Of a stretch of 64,000 nucleotides of DNA, positions 1 to 9,694 are shown one piece after another. The stretch's first letter is position 1, and each line of letters opens with the position of its first letter. The notes below the pieces were generated by a model. The model saw only the letters and a list, made by a program, of their open reading frames with translations. It had not been told where the DNA came from and made no database searches. Both the position numbers and the translations under genes were made by a program. Source of the DNA: Candidatus Latescibacterota bacterium (GTDB lineage: Bacteria; Latescibacterota; UBA2968; GCA-2709665); the NCBI GenBank assembly GCA_965222075.1, contig OZ244937.1, positions 4,608,001 to 4,672,000 on the forward strand. The letters run 5' to 3'.

Positions 1-612
1 TCCCACAGCGGGGATTTTTCCATTATCCAGACCTACGAGGCAAAGGGGTCTACGCTCGGCCTCTACGGGTTTGGCAGGATCGGACAGGCCGTGGGCGCGC
101 GGGCGAAGCCGCTCTTAGGCGACGAAGGGCGTCTGCTGGTCTACGATATTCGGCCCGATGTCCAGGAGTTGGCGGAGCGGTTTGGGGCCGAGGCCGTGGA
201 CGATCCAATGGTGCTCTTCGAGGAGAGCGACGCCGTTTCTCTGCACGTGGCAGGGGACGATACCATCGTCACCTACGACCGTCTGTGCGCTATGAAGCCC
301 CACGCGTCGCTGATCAACCCTTCGCGTGGAAATCTCGTGGACGACCAGGCGGCCAACCGGGCCATCCGGGAAGACCGGCTCTGCTACTATGTGGTGGACG
401 ATCCGGTGAACGGCCCCAGAGAGATCCACAAGGGTCACCCCCGCATCATTTGCACGAACCACAACGCCGGGATCACGAATGCGTCTACCAACCGTCTCGA
501 CCGCCGGACGTTCGGGCAGGTGACTGATGCGATCGAGGGCCGGGAGCCCGCGCACATGCTCAACCGGGAGGTGCTGGAGCATCCGAGGGTGAAAGGCTTT
601 TTGAAGGGGTGA
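1..612 (+). CDS. D-isomer-specific 2-hydroxyacid dehydrogenase, NAD-binding (5' partial)
   Basis: Frame is open from base 1 (SHSGDFSIIQTYEAKGSTLGLYGFGRIG, Rossmann GxGxxG); also VSLHV, INPSRG and a C-terminal HNAG motif. Confidence 0.85.
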   Translation, partial: SHSGDFSIIQTYEAKGSTLGLYGFGRIGQAVGARAKPLLGDEGRLLVYDIRPDVQELAERFGAEAVDDPMVLFEESDAVSLHVAGDDTIVTYDRLCAMKPHASLINPSRGNLVDDQAANRAIREDRLCYYVVDDPVNGPREIHKGHPRIICTNHNAGITNASTNRLDRRTFGQVTDAIEGREPAHMLNREVLEHPRVKGFLKG

Positions 613-769
613 GGGTAGGGGCGATGCTTGTGATCGCCCCTCTGGTCAATCATGGAGATAGAGGATGAGCCTTTCAGAGACAGAACAGAAGTATCGGATG
701 CCGCCGGAGGAGATTGCAAAATCTTGTTCTCTCTTGAAGGATTCGCTTCAACATCTGGAGGTTTTTTGT

Positions 770-1828
770 ATGGATGTGCAGATCGATCGTTCCCACTTAC
801 TCTGTCTTCTTGAAAGGTTTCTGCTGGCCCATGCGCCCCCGGGAGCCGAAGGGGAAGTGGACGCTATTGTGCTGGATACTGTTCGACCTTATGCCGATGC
901 TGTCTGGCAGGATGCGGCTGACAGCATTGTGATTCACATCCGGGGGCAGGCCGACAGCGCGCCGATCGCCGTGACGGCTCATAAGGACGAGATTGCACTG
1001 ATTGTCAAGCGGATCGAAGAGGACGGGCGGCTTCGGGTGCGTCCATTAGGCGGGCTTCACCCCTGGGCGACCGGCGAAGGGGCCGTCGAGATCCTGGGCG
1101 ATGGGAAACTGGTTCCAGGTGTTCTTTCGGTGGGGACCAAACATGTGTCCGACGAGAGTCCGGCCGGCCGTGTGAAACAGGGGAAACCGCTTAGCTGGGA
1201 GACCATGTGGGTTGAGACCAAATGCTCCCCCGAAGCCCTGCTGGAGATGGGGGTGCACATCGGGAGCAAGGTTGTGATTGCACGGTCTCGTAAGTCACCG
1301 CTTATGATGGGTGACTATATCTGCGGCCACAACTTAGACTGCCGCGCATGTCTGGCGGTTTTGGTGGAAGTGGCCAAACAGCTCAAGGATCACCCACCGC
1401 CTCAAGATGTGTACTTAGTTGCGAGTTCGGAAGAGGAGGTGGGGGCGCAGGGGGCGGTCTATTCGGTGGGGCGGCTCCCTGCCGAGACGGTGATTGCGAT
1501 GGAGATTGGGCCCGTAGCGGAGGAGTACCAGACCCGGAATAACGGCGATCCAATTCTTCTGTATGGCGATGGTACTGGGATCTACCACGAGAAGATTCTG
1601 CGCCGGCTGGAAGATCTGGCAGGCCGCCTGGGGTTTGGGGTACAGCCTGCGGTGGTGACGTCGTTTGGCAGCGATGCGAGCATTGCCAAGAAGGCGGGCG
1701 CGGCAGCCCGGTCTGCCTGTATCTGTTTTCCGGGGGAAAATACGCACGGCTACGAAATCAGTTGTATTGACGGTATTCTCAATTCCGTCCGACTGCTTCT
1801 GGCCTATCTCCAGAATCCAGTGGTCTAA
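770..1828 (+). CDS. M42 family metallopeptidase (FrvX/TET-like aminopeptidase)
   Basis: Motifs AHKDEI, LDCR, EEEVG and THGYE; GGAGG at 757-761 before ATG 770. Confidence 0.85.
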   Translation: MDVQIDRSHLLCLLERFLLAHAPPGAEGEVDAIVLDTVRPYADAVWQDAADSIVIHIRGQADSAPIAVTAHKDEIALIVKRIEEDGRLRVRPLGGLHPWATGEGAVEILGDGKLVPGVLSVGTKHVSDESPAGRVKQGKPLSWETMWVETKCSPEALLEMGVHIGSKVVIARSRKSPLMMGDYICGHNLDCRACLAVLVEVAKQLKDHPPPQDVYLVASSEEEVGAQGAVYSVGRLPAETVIAMEIGPVAEEYQTRNNGDPILLYGDGTGIYHEKILRRLEDLAGRLGFGVQPAVVTSFGSDASIAKKAGAAARSACICFPGENTHGYEISCIDGILNSVRLLLAYLQNPVV

Positions 1829-1849
1829 CCGATCTTTGTGGGAGTGGAC

Positions 1850-2596
1850 ATGCTCATTGTCAATCCTAAAGGGCATTACCATTTTTTGATGGGGATCGAT
1901 CCCTATTCAAGCGGCGCCATCGCCGATGCGGGTTATGAGGTTGTGCACGCGACCCTGAAACGGTCCGTGCCCTGGCGTGATGGGTTTGAGGCGATTGACG
2001 CGCATCTGCATGGGATGGGGCAGGACCGCTATGCCCTCTGCGGGGTGGAGCTGCGCTCGCCCGCTTCGTATACGATGGCGGGGTTCATCGCGTTTAACCG
2101 GGAGTATTGCGATTTGCTGAAGGCGTGGGATCTCTACGTTGGAGATTTGAACCCTGTGGCACGTACCAATGTGGCGCCGTTTTACGACCCGCCCGAGCAG
2201 CCGGCGCTGCACGGGTTTTCTTACACGGTTCCTGCGTCCGAACCTCCCAGGACGCTGGTTATTGCCGGGGCCGGAGAGCTGCGGTCGAGGGAATTGGCAG
2301 AGGAGGGGATCATTCGACGGAGAGAGACGGATGCAGATGCGATGGCGGAGAAGGCGGCCTATGTAATGGAGGTGATGGAGAAGCGTCTGAGCGGGCTGGG
2401 CGGGACGTGGGAGATGATCACGATGGTGGATATCTATACCGTGCATCCCATAGACGGGCAGGTTGAGGAGATTGTTCTGAGCGGGATGGGGGCTGCCCGG
2501 CGGCACGGGGTGCGCCGGTATTACGCCCGTCCTCCGGTGGTGGATTTAGAATACGAGATGGATATGCGGGGTGTAAGACAGGAGATTGTGATCTGA
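1850..2596 (+). CDS. CnbZ-like (2-amino-5-chloromuconate deaminase / RidA-related) protein
   Basis: Blocks YHFLMGIDPYSSG, LCGVELRSP, GFIAFNREY, NPVARTNVAP and RPPVVDLEYEMD match the CnbZ family as I recall it; GGAG upstream of ATG. Confidence 0.7.
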   Translation: MLIVNPKGHYHFLMGIDPYSSGAIADAGYEVVHATLKRSVPWRDGFEAIDAHLHGMGQDRYALCGVELRSPASYTMAGFIAFNREYCDLLKAWDLYVGDLNPVARTNVAPFYDPPEQPALHGFSYTVPASEPPRTLVIAGAGELRSRELAEEGIIRRRETDADAMAEKAAYVMEVMEKRLSGLGGTWEMITMVDIYTVHPIDGQVEEIVLSGMGAARRHGVRRYYARPPVVDLEYEMDMRGVRQEIVI

Positions 2597-2750
2597 TGGC
2601 CGATTCACCCCATGATCGCCGCGAATTTTTCCGGGAGTTTCTAAGGCGTTACGTGGTTGCCTCTGCAGACATTGTGGTAGATCGCCTGGAATAGGGTCCA
2701 GGGGCAGGAAAACAAAGGCTGGGGACGCCAAATGGCATCAGTCCGTCGGG

Positions 2751-3012
2751 TCAGCGCTTAAGCGTTCGAAGAGGGCAAGGCGGGACCGGATATAGTCTCC
2801 GGGCGGGGGGGGGCTTTACGAGATCCGGGCGCAGGTACATCACCACTCCCGTTTCGTGTTCTCCGGGTGTTCGGCGCTGGCGCCAACAGGCAAGGTCGGG
2901 AGCATGTACCAGCCGAATTCCTCGGCAATGCCCCGGGCGAGATATTCCACACTCAGGCAAGGAAGGTGAGGGCCGTGCTGCTCAACCGCTCCGATTCCGA
3001 TTATGGCTCCTT
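2751..3012 (-). pseudogene. Creatininase-family amidohydrolase remnant with internal deletions
   Basis: GAVEQHGPHLP, PTLPVGASAEH and (in another frame) GEHETGVVMYLRPDLV are creatininase motifs compressed into about 260 bp, with no start codon. Confidence 0.75.
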
Positions 3013-5757
3013 TTATTTCGCATTCCTCCGATTTTGTTTTATTGATTTTCCCTGCACACTGGCGGAGACATTGCCCGATGCTGCGAGGCGCCACTGCCCC
3101 GACTGGTCAGGCCGCAGAAGCGCGGAGCCGGCGATTTTGAACTGCGCTTTGCCTTTGACGCCCCAGTTGGGGAAGTATTCCAATTTTACCAGATCGGTCC
3201 GGACGGTCATGCCCGGTTCATCGTTTGAATGAATCCAGGTTTGGCCGTTTTTTGTTTCGACTTCCTTGATCTGGAAGCCCTGGACGAGCAGGCCCCCCAA
3301 GTTGAGAATGAGCGTTCGCCCGTTCAGCGCACCGCCGACGGGCAGGCCGGTGCGGGTGATGAAGGCGTCGGAGGGGTCTCCCGCTTCGATGCGTTCGGTT
3401 TTGTGGATCACGCCGCTGTGGGAGACCTCACCCTTGATTTCGGTTTCTCCGGCTTTGAGCCGGTCGCCGTCGATCAGGTAGGTCCAGTTGTGGCTGCCTT
3501 CCGCGATGTGTGCGAACCGGCCGCGGATTTCGATCCTGCCGTCGGACGTTTTCCAGGGGGTTCTGGCGCCGTCGTCGGCAGTGGAGATGACCGTGTCCAC
3601 CCGGTCGGGCAGTGTGACGCGGATGGACACGGTCTCACCGCCAGAAGGCTCAAGGGGGACAAGCTCGACGTTCTGGACGAGCGGGACGTCCCCGTAGGGG
3701 TGATGGACGGCGGCAAAGAGGCTTTCGCCGTCCGACTGGCGTACGGCAATGAAGGGCGCCGTGCCCGTGCGGCGCATGGCGGGCGCATCGCCGGAGATGA
3801 TTTCGACGCCTGCCTGGGGCAGGAAGAACGTCTTGAGCGCTGCGGAGCTGTCTTCGAGGGTAAAGACGACGGTCCAGTCCCGGTCGGTTTGGACGCTTTT
3901 CAGGTTGGCGATGTACTTGTGCAGGGTGCCCTCACGGCTGTTTTGGATCGGGAGCGAGAACTCGGCCGTGTGCGGGAAGTCCAGGTTGGCATGAAGCATG
4001 TAGTCGTGGATTTTCCCACCCTTGACCCTGAAGATGTCCACGATGTAGACGTCCCTGTCGCTAATTTTCACCAGGGCGATGGTACGGCGGTATTGCTCCA
4101 GTTTTACCAGGGATCCGTAGGCGCGTTCACCATCTGCCTCCACGACCTGGACCATGTCGAAGTCGGTGTTGAACAGCCGGAGCTTGCCGTCGTTCATGAC
4201 GTTGCCATGCCCGGCCCAGCGCCAGCGCCAGTCCGGGATGCCCGCGACGACATCTTCGGGCTGTTTCTCGCGTTTAGGGGTATGCGAGCCTCTCCGGCTG
4301 GTCTGGTCTTTCTCATCTACGACCACCGTGACATGTCCGGCAGTCATGGTGTGCCACTCTCGCGTTGTGTTTTCGACGTCCCCCTTCCGGTAGCGGGTCT
4401 CCGAGATCAGCTCTTTTCCCTTGGCGAAGAGGATGAGGTTCAGGCAGTCGTAGTGTTCGTGCCCGTGCGTGCCGCCAAAGTGCAGCGAAGCCTGGGCCAT
4501 GTCGTCCTCTCCCTTTCCCGTGCCGAGAATGGCGTGGCCCGTGCATCCAAAGAGGTAGGATCTGGCCTCTTTCAGGGGCGGCGTCCACCACACGGGCTGG
4601 GGAAAGGTCGTGTCATGGATGACCTGGCAGATCCGGTTTGGCTGCTGCACGGCGTTCAGGACGTGGTCGGCGCGTTGAAACGGGCGTTTTAGGATTTCGT
4701 TCAGGTCCAGGTTGTCGAACCGAACGCCGTCGCGTTCACTTCTAAATCCCTCGGGGTCCGAATAGCCCTGGAGGTGTGTGCTGACCACCCCCTTGAGGCC
4801 GTGGTGGGCCTGCTTGTGGTACGAGGGCGTGCCCTCATGCCACCACCCGTCGGCGTAGAACTGGGTTTTATACATGTCCCGGATCCACTTCACGCAGGTA
4901 TGCACCCAGTCGGGCCGGCCCAGGACTTTTGCGAAGGGCAGGATGCCGCGCATCTGGGTGGGGTCCATATTGCCTAGTACCGGGCCGTACCCAAACTGGA
5001 GTTCGACCTGGCTGCGCAGGAGGACTTGGATTGATTCGAGTTTGCCCATTTCCTGCATGGCATCCGTGTTGTAGATCAGGTCATAGGCCTCCAGAAGGGG
5101 CATGCCGAGGAGGATGTCCTGGTAGATCCAGACGCCCCAGACGCCCGCCAGGTCCCACTGGGTGCGGAGGGAAATTTCGCTCTGGGGATAGCGGGCCCGT
5201 TTTTCCCAGGGACCGTAATGCGGGCTGTAGATCGGCCAGCTGGGGATCTGTTCGGCGAGTCGGGCGAGGAGGAGGGCCGATTTGCGCGCGTAATTTTCTT
5301 CTTTTGTGAGGTAAAAAAGCAGCGCAAAGTAATGGCAGGCGTCGCGCATCAGGATGTTCTGTTCGTCCTCACCGCCCCGGTCGGAGATTCGGGAGCGGAG
5401 GTCCTCGTTGGAGGCATTCTGGAGATCGCCTAACGCGGCCTTACAGGCGGCGACGGATAGGTCACGGTAGGTCGTGTTGTGCGTGCTCTCCCACAGCCCG
5501 ATGGCTCCTCGAACGGCGTTGTGGTAGTCGTGGCCGTAGGGAAAATCCTTCACTCCCTTCTGATAGCGCTCGCGCAATGCGGCCCGGTCCAGGCCCTGGA
5601 TGAATTCGACCCGTTTTCTCAGGTCCTTCTCATTATCTTTGAAGTCCGTGACCGGGTGGTTGACCGGCCAGTCCTGTGCTGACGCCGAGGCGCACAGGAG
5701 GGCTGCGATGGCACATGCCGTAGAGAGGATCGGGATTAGGCTGATGAGGTTTTCCAC
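3013..5757 (-). CDS. Secreted heparinase II/III-like polysaccharide lyase family protein
   Basis: Signal peptide ending ASA-QD; EGTPSYH, HGHEHYDCLNLILF and GHVTVVVD motifs. Likely GTG start at 5757 (ORF extends to 5799). Confidence 0.75.
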   Translation of the reverse strand: MENLISLIPILSTACAIAALLCASASAQDWPVNHPVTDFKDNEKDLRKRVEFIQGLDRAALRERYQKGVKDFPYGHDYHNAVRGAIGLWESTHNTTYRDLSVAACKAALGDLQNASNEDLRSRISDRGGEDEQNILMRDACHYFALLFYLTKEENYARKSALLLARLAEQIPSWPIYSPHYGPWEKRARYPQSEISLRTQWDLAGVWGVWIYQDILLGMPLLEAYDLIYNTDAMQEMGKLESIQVLLRSQVELQFGYGPVLGNMDPTQMRGILPFAKVLGRPDWVHTCVKWIRDMYKTQFYADGWWHEGTPSYHKQAHHGLKGVVSTHLQGYSDPEGFRSERDGVRFDNLDLNEILKRPFQRADHVLNAVQQPNRICQVIHDTTFPQPVWWTPPLKEARSYLFGCTGHAILGTGKGEDDMAQASLHFGGTHGHEHYDCLNLILFAKGKELISETRYRKGDVENTTREWHTMTAGHVTVVVDEKDQTSRRGSHTPKREKQPEDVVAGIPDWRWRWAGHGNVMNDGKLRLFNTDFDMVQVVEADGERAYGSLVKLEQYRRTIALVKISDRDVYIVDIFRVKGGKIHDYMLHANLDFPHTAEFSLPIQNSREGTLHKYIANLKSVQTDRDWTVVFTLEDSSAALKTFFLPQAGVEIISGDAPAMRRTGTAPFIAVRQSDGESLFAAVHHPYGDVPLVQNVELVPLEPSGGETVSIRVTLPDRVDTVISTADDGARTPWKTSDGRIEIRGRFAHIAEGSHNWTYLIDGDRLKAGETEIKGEVSHSGVIHKTERIEAGDPSDAFITRTGLPVGGALNGRTLILNLGGLLVQGFQIKEVETKNGQTWIHSNDEPGMTVRTDLVKLEYFPNWGVKGKAQFKIAGSALLRPDQSGQWRLAASGNVSASVQGKSIKQNRRNAK

Positions 5758-5888
5758 AGGTGTGTGTTCCTCTGGATTGTGTGAAATATGCCGTTCCACT
5801 TCGTTATGTCACATTGTTCGAAGCCGTTTGGGGTACAGGTCGGCTTCGTACCGGCTTCTGGTCTTGCGAGTGGATTTTATATCTATTT

Positions 5889-6857
5889 TTACGGAATCAA
5901 GAGCACTTTGCCCGCGGTTTTCCGGCCTTCTATGAGGCGGTGGGCTTCGGCGGCGGCGGGGAGGGGGAGGGTGCGGTCGATGCGGAGTTTGAGCTGGCCC
6001 GACTGGACCCACCCGAGCACGTCCCCGGCGCGCTGGAGCAGCTCATCGCGGGCGGCGGTGTAGTCCTTGAGGGTGGGCCGGGTGAGGTAGAGGGAACCTT
6101 TGGCGTTCAGGACGCCGGGATCAAAGGGGGGTACCGGGCCGCTGGATTGTCCGAAGAGGACAAGAAGGCCCCGCGGCCTGAGACAATTGAGGCCCTTTTC
6201 AAAGGTGGTCCTGGCCACGGAATCGTAGACGACGTCTACCCCCCGCCCGTGGGTGAGGCGCTTCACTTCAGCTTCGAAGTCCTGTTCGGTGTAGCGGATG
6301 ATTTCATCTGCGCCGGCGTCTCTGGCAAGCCGGGATTTCTCGTCTGTGGAGACGGTGCCAAAGACCCGGGCGCCACACGCTTTGGCCATCTGGACCAGGA
6401 GGAGGCCTACGCCGCCCGCAGCGGCGTGGATGAGGGCGGTGTCGCCACGTTTGAGCGGGTAGGTGCCGTGGGCCAAGTAGTGGGCGGTCATGCCCTGGAG
6501 CATGGCAGCGGCTCCGGTTTGGGTGTCTACCCCTTCGGGGAGTTTTACAAGCCGGGCCTCGGGGGCCGCCACGTATTCGGCGTAGGAGGCGGGTACGCCG
6601 CTGTAAGCCACCCGGTCATCCACCTGGAGATATTTCACATCGGCGCCCACGGTCTTAACCGTGCCGGCTGCTTCCAGGCCCGGAATAAATGGGAGGTCGA
6701 GGGGATACAGGCCGGTGCGGTGGTAGGTGTCGATGTAGTTGAGACCGATGGCTTCGATTTTGACCAGGACTTCGCCCGCACCGGGTTGAGGGTCGGGGAC
6801 CTCTTCGTAGTGGAGTACCTCGGGGCCACCCGCTTGGGAGACACGAACCGCTTTCAT
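5889..6857 (-). CDS. qor: NADPH:quinone oxidoreductase (zeta-crystallin/MDR family)
   Basis: MKAVRV..GGPEVL, GLNYIDTYHRTGLY, HAAAGGVG, DVVYDSV, FGQSSG and GKVLLIP. Confidence 0.9.
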   Translation of the reverse strand: MKAVRVSQAGGPEVLHYEEVPDPQPGAGEVLVKIEAIGLNYIDTYHRTGLYPLDLPFIPGLEAAGTVKTVGADVKYLQVDDRVAYSGVPASYAEYVAAPEARLVKLPEGVDTQTGAAAMLQGMTAHYLAHGTYPLKRGDTALIHAAAGGVGLLLVQMAKACGARVFGTVSTDEKSRLARDAGADEIIRYTEQDFEAEVKRLTHGRGVDVVYDSVARTTFEKGLNCLRPRGLLVLFGQSSGPVPPFDPGVLNAKGSLYLTRPTLKDYTAARDELLQRAGDVLGWVQSGQLKLRIDRTLPLPAAAEAHRLIEGRKTAGKVLLIP

Positions 6858-6891
6858 GGTGTTGTCCTCCGTAAAAGAATGGGGTTTCGGA

Positions 6892-9066
6892 TCAAAATGT
6901 CCCCGAGATCCCCAGAGAGAGCCGCCTGGGGGGACCCAGGTTGCGTTCGACGGTTGTATAGTTATATTCGAGGGCATTGTGGACTTTTAAGGTCAGATCG
7001 ACCGCGCCGAGGGCACAGGCCGCCGAGAGGTCGACCAGGTAGGTGGAGATGAGGTCCCGGGTGCCTTCTGGAAAGAGCCCCGATGCGCGTTGAATGCGGC
7101 TGCGGTAGGTGAGCCGGCCCTCCAGTATCAGTTTGCCGAAGGTTGTCCGCAGGCTTCCGGCCGCAAGGTGCTGCGGGCGATAGGGCAGGGGCGCGCTGCC
7201 GGAGGGGAGGTCTTCAGTAGCGTCCAAGAGGGTGTAGTTGCCCTCAAACCCAAGGTGGCGCCAGGAGGCCTGGGCGCTGGCTTCCAGGCCGGCGATCCGT
7301 CCTTTTGAGACGTTTCGGAAGCTGATCACTCCGGCGGCGTCGGGCCGGGCTTCGATCAGGTCTTTATAGCGGCTCCAGAAAGCGGCGAGGTCGAGGTGGA
7401 GCCAGGTGGCAAATCGGCGGTCCAGGCCGATTTCATAGGAGAGGCTTCGCTCTGCAACGAGATCGGGGTTGGGCACGATGGGGACGCCCGAGAAGACGGC
7501 GTTGGTGTAGATTTCGGCGATGGAAGGGCCGCGGAACCCCCATCCCAGCGCGCTCCGCAGCGACGTGTGCTCCCAGGGCCGGTAAGAGAGGCCGAATTTG
7601 GGGCTGATGCGGCGCTCTGCAGGGCGACCATCGGTTCGGTAGCGGTCGTACCGTGCGCCGGTCGACAGGGTCAGCCGGTCTGTGGCCTCAAGTTCGGCCT
7701 GGGCGTAGGCCGCCAGGTTGAGGCCGGTGTGGTTGCCAAAGAGGTTGTCAGAAGAGGAGGTGCGGTCTGCGATCCATTCCACACCCGAGGTGATCGAGAG
7801 GGGGTCGGACGGCTGGAGGTCGACCTGGAGTTCCTGGCCGAATTTGTAGGCTTCAGACGAGGTTCGCCCTTCCACTTGGTTATCGAAGTCGGTCCGGTAG
7901 ACAAAGGTCTTGATCCGATAGCCCATCCGGGGGCTGAACAACCGGTAGAAGGCGAGGTTGAGGTTGAGTTTCCGGGAGACGGTCTTGTCATTCTGGCTTT
8001 GCAGGGGGACCTCTAAGGGTTCGTTTCGGTCCTTCCACTGGATGAAGACCCCATGATCGTCGAACGCCCAGTTGAGGGTTGCGGTGAGGGTTGCGGAGGA
8101 TGCGAATTCATACCGGAATTTTCCAAACGCACTGTAGCGTTTATACCAATCGTTTTCCCGGTAGCCGTTGGTCCATTTTTGACCCAGACCCAGCACAAGC
8201 CCTCCCCGCCCCACCTGCCGGCTGTGGCTGATGTCGATGCCTTCAAAGTAGCGCCGACCGGAGGCCCAGTGCCAATCGGGATAGATCGGGTTGCTGTAAA
8301 GACCCGTCAGGACGCGAAATTTTGTTTCGGGCTGAGGCGAGGGGTGCCGGGTGATGACGTTGATGATCCCCCCCAGCGCGCCGGTGCCGTAGAGGGCCGA
8401 TCCCGCCCCTTTGATGATTTCCACACGGGCGATCTGGTCCATGGGGATGGCGTCCCATTTGATTTCGCCGTTGTCAGCGGAGAGGGCCGGAAACCCGTCG
8501 ATGAGGAGGAGCACCCGGCTGCCAACGCCCCGGGAGAATCCGCTGGCCCCCCGGATGTTGACCTGTCCACTGACCATGTTTACACCGGGGAGGTAGTCTA
8601 AGGACTCTTTCAGCGAGACGGAGTTGTGCGTCTGGAGGTCCTGGGCGTCGATTAAGGCCACGCTGGTGGGCGTATCGACAATATTTCTGGGACGTTTGCT
8701 GGCGGAGATTACGAGCGCCGGCATTTCGATTACGGTTGGGACCAGCCGGACCTCTATGTGGACCGTATCTCCAGGCGCCACGGTCACGTCTTTGCGCAGG
8801 GCCGGTGTGTAGCCGACCATCGAAATGGAAAGGTCGTACACGCCTGCCGGCAGTCCGGTCAGGCGGAAGTTTCCATCCGGGTCGGTTATCGCACCAAGCC
8901 CGGTGCCCAGAAGGACGACGTTGGCCCCGGGGAGCGGCTCTGCGGCCTCAGCGTCCGTTATCCGGCCTGCCAGGGTTCCGGTCTGTCCTGCGTGCAGGCT
9001 TGAGACCGGCAGACAGAGGAGGCAGAAAGCCAGTACAGATGTTGCGTTCGGGCAGATTTGCCCCAC
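6892..9066 (-). CDS. TonB-dependent receptor with N-terminal carboxypeptidase-regulatory-like domain
   Basis: GTLAGRITD..EPLPGANV domain; plug motifs NIRG, RVLLLIDG and RVEIIKGAGSALYGTGALGGIINVIT; C-terminal Phe. Start uncertain (GTG 9066 precedes a signal peptide). Confidence 0.9.
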   Translation of the reverse strand: MGQICPNATSVLAFCLLCLPVSSLHAGQTGTLAGRITDAEAAEPLPGANVVLLGTGLGAITDPDGNFRLTGLPAGVYDLSISMVGYTPALRKDVTVAPGDTVHIEVRLVPTVIEMPALVISASKRPRNIVDTPTSVALIDAQDLQTHNSVSLKESLDYLPGVNMVSGQVNIRGASGFSRGVGSRVLLLIDGFPALSADNGEIKWDAIPMDQIARVEIIKGAGSALYGTGALGGIINVITRHPSPQPETKFRVLTGLYSNPIYPDWHWASGRRYFEGIDISHSRQVGRGGLVLGLGQKWTNGYRENDWYKRYSAFGKFRYEFASSATLTATLNWAFDDHGVFIQWKDRNEPLEVPLQSQNDKTVSRKLNLNLAFYRLFSPRMGYRIKTFVYRTDFDNQVEGRTSSEAYKFGQELQVDLQPSDPLSITSGVEWIADRTSSSDNLFGNHTGLNLAAYAQAELEATDRLTLSTGARYDRYRTDGRPAERRISPKFGLSYRPWEHTSLRSALGWGFRGPSIAEIYTNAVFSGVPIVPNPDLVAERSLSYEIGLDRRFATWLHLDLAAFWSRYKDLIEARPDAAGVISFRNVSKGRIAGLEASAQASWRHLGFEGNYTLLDATEDLPSGSAPLPYRPQHLAAGSLRTTFGKLILEGRLTYRSRIQRASGLFPEGTRDLISTYLVDLSAACALGAVDLTLKVHNALEYNYTTVERNLGPPRRLSLGISGTF

Positions 9067-9511
9067 GCACCAAGTCCAGATGGGTTTGAATATTGATGTT
9101 TTTGGTGGTTTCACCCAGGCGAACCTCCACCGGGGTTGGCAGCGAGTCGTTTCCAACGTGGTAGCACCCCAGGAGGGAGTCGAAGTTCCAGAACCCCTCT
9201 TTGGGACGCCAGGCCACAACGATCCATTCGTAGGTCCCGGGTTCTTCCAGAGGGACGAAGTATTCGTAGCGGGACGCACCGATGGTTACGGTGGTGTCCC
9301 AGCCGGCGATGTTAAAGAAGTCGGCCAGCGCCTGAGGGCGTTTCTGGTAGACGGCAACGGCCACGTCCGCAGTTTCCGGGGGCCAGACGCCGTTGAAGAA
9401 CAGAGTGCCCTTGATTCCGGTGCCATCGGGAGGCCCTACATCAAGCCCGTGGTTGATGTCGCAGCTCCAAAAGAGGAGGAGCACGGCAGGAATATAAATA
9501 AATTTTCGCAT
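8948..9511 (-). CDS. Putative lipoprotein
   Basis: MRKFIYIPAVLLLFWS-C lipoprotein-type signal peptide; lies directly upstream of the TBDR on the same strand. Confidence 0.7.
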   Translation of the reverse strand: MRKFIYIPAVLLLFWSCDINHGLDVGPPDGTGIKGTLFFNGVWPPETADVAVAVYQKRPQALADFFNIAGWDTTVTIGASRYEYFVPLEEPGTYEWIVVAWRPKEGFWNFDSLLGCYHVGNDSLPTPVEVRLGETTKNINIQTHLDLVRGANLPERNICTGFLPPLSAGLKPARRTDRNPGRPDNGR

Positions 9512-9694
9512 GGGTCAATGCATAAGAATCAGGTTCCGCTTGACTTTAGAGGTCCGTAGGAATTATTTTATTACAGCAGGCCTAAGCGAATCATGAATAT
9601 CGAACACGGAATGATGCGTGGTGAAGGAAGGCACCCTTTTACGTTTTTCTTCGACATACGATTTTTCAGATGTCGAACAAGGAGGTCTACAGAT

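Noticed and set aside
3229-4692. Long antisense or alternate-frame ORFs (also 5760-7052, 41746-43398, 60106-61674, 61611-63209)
   Set aside because: Shadow ORFs opposite well-supported genes in GC-rich DNA, with no motifs.
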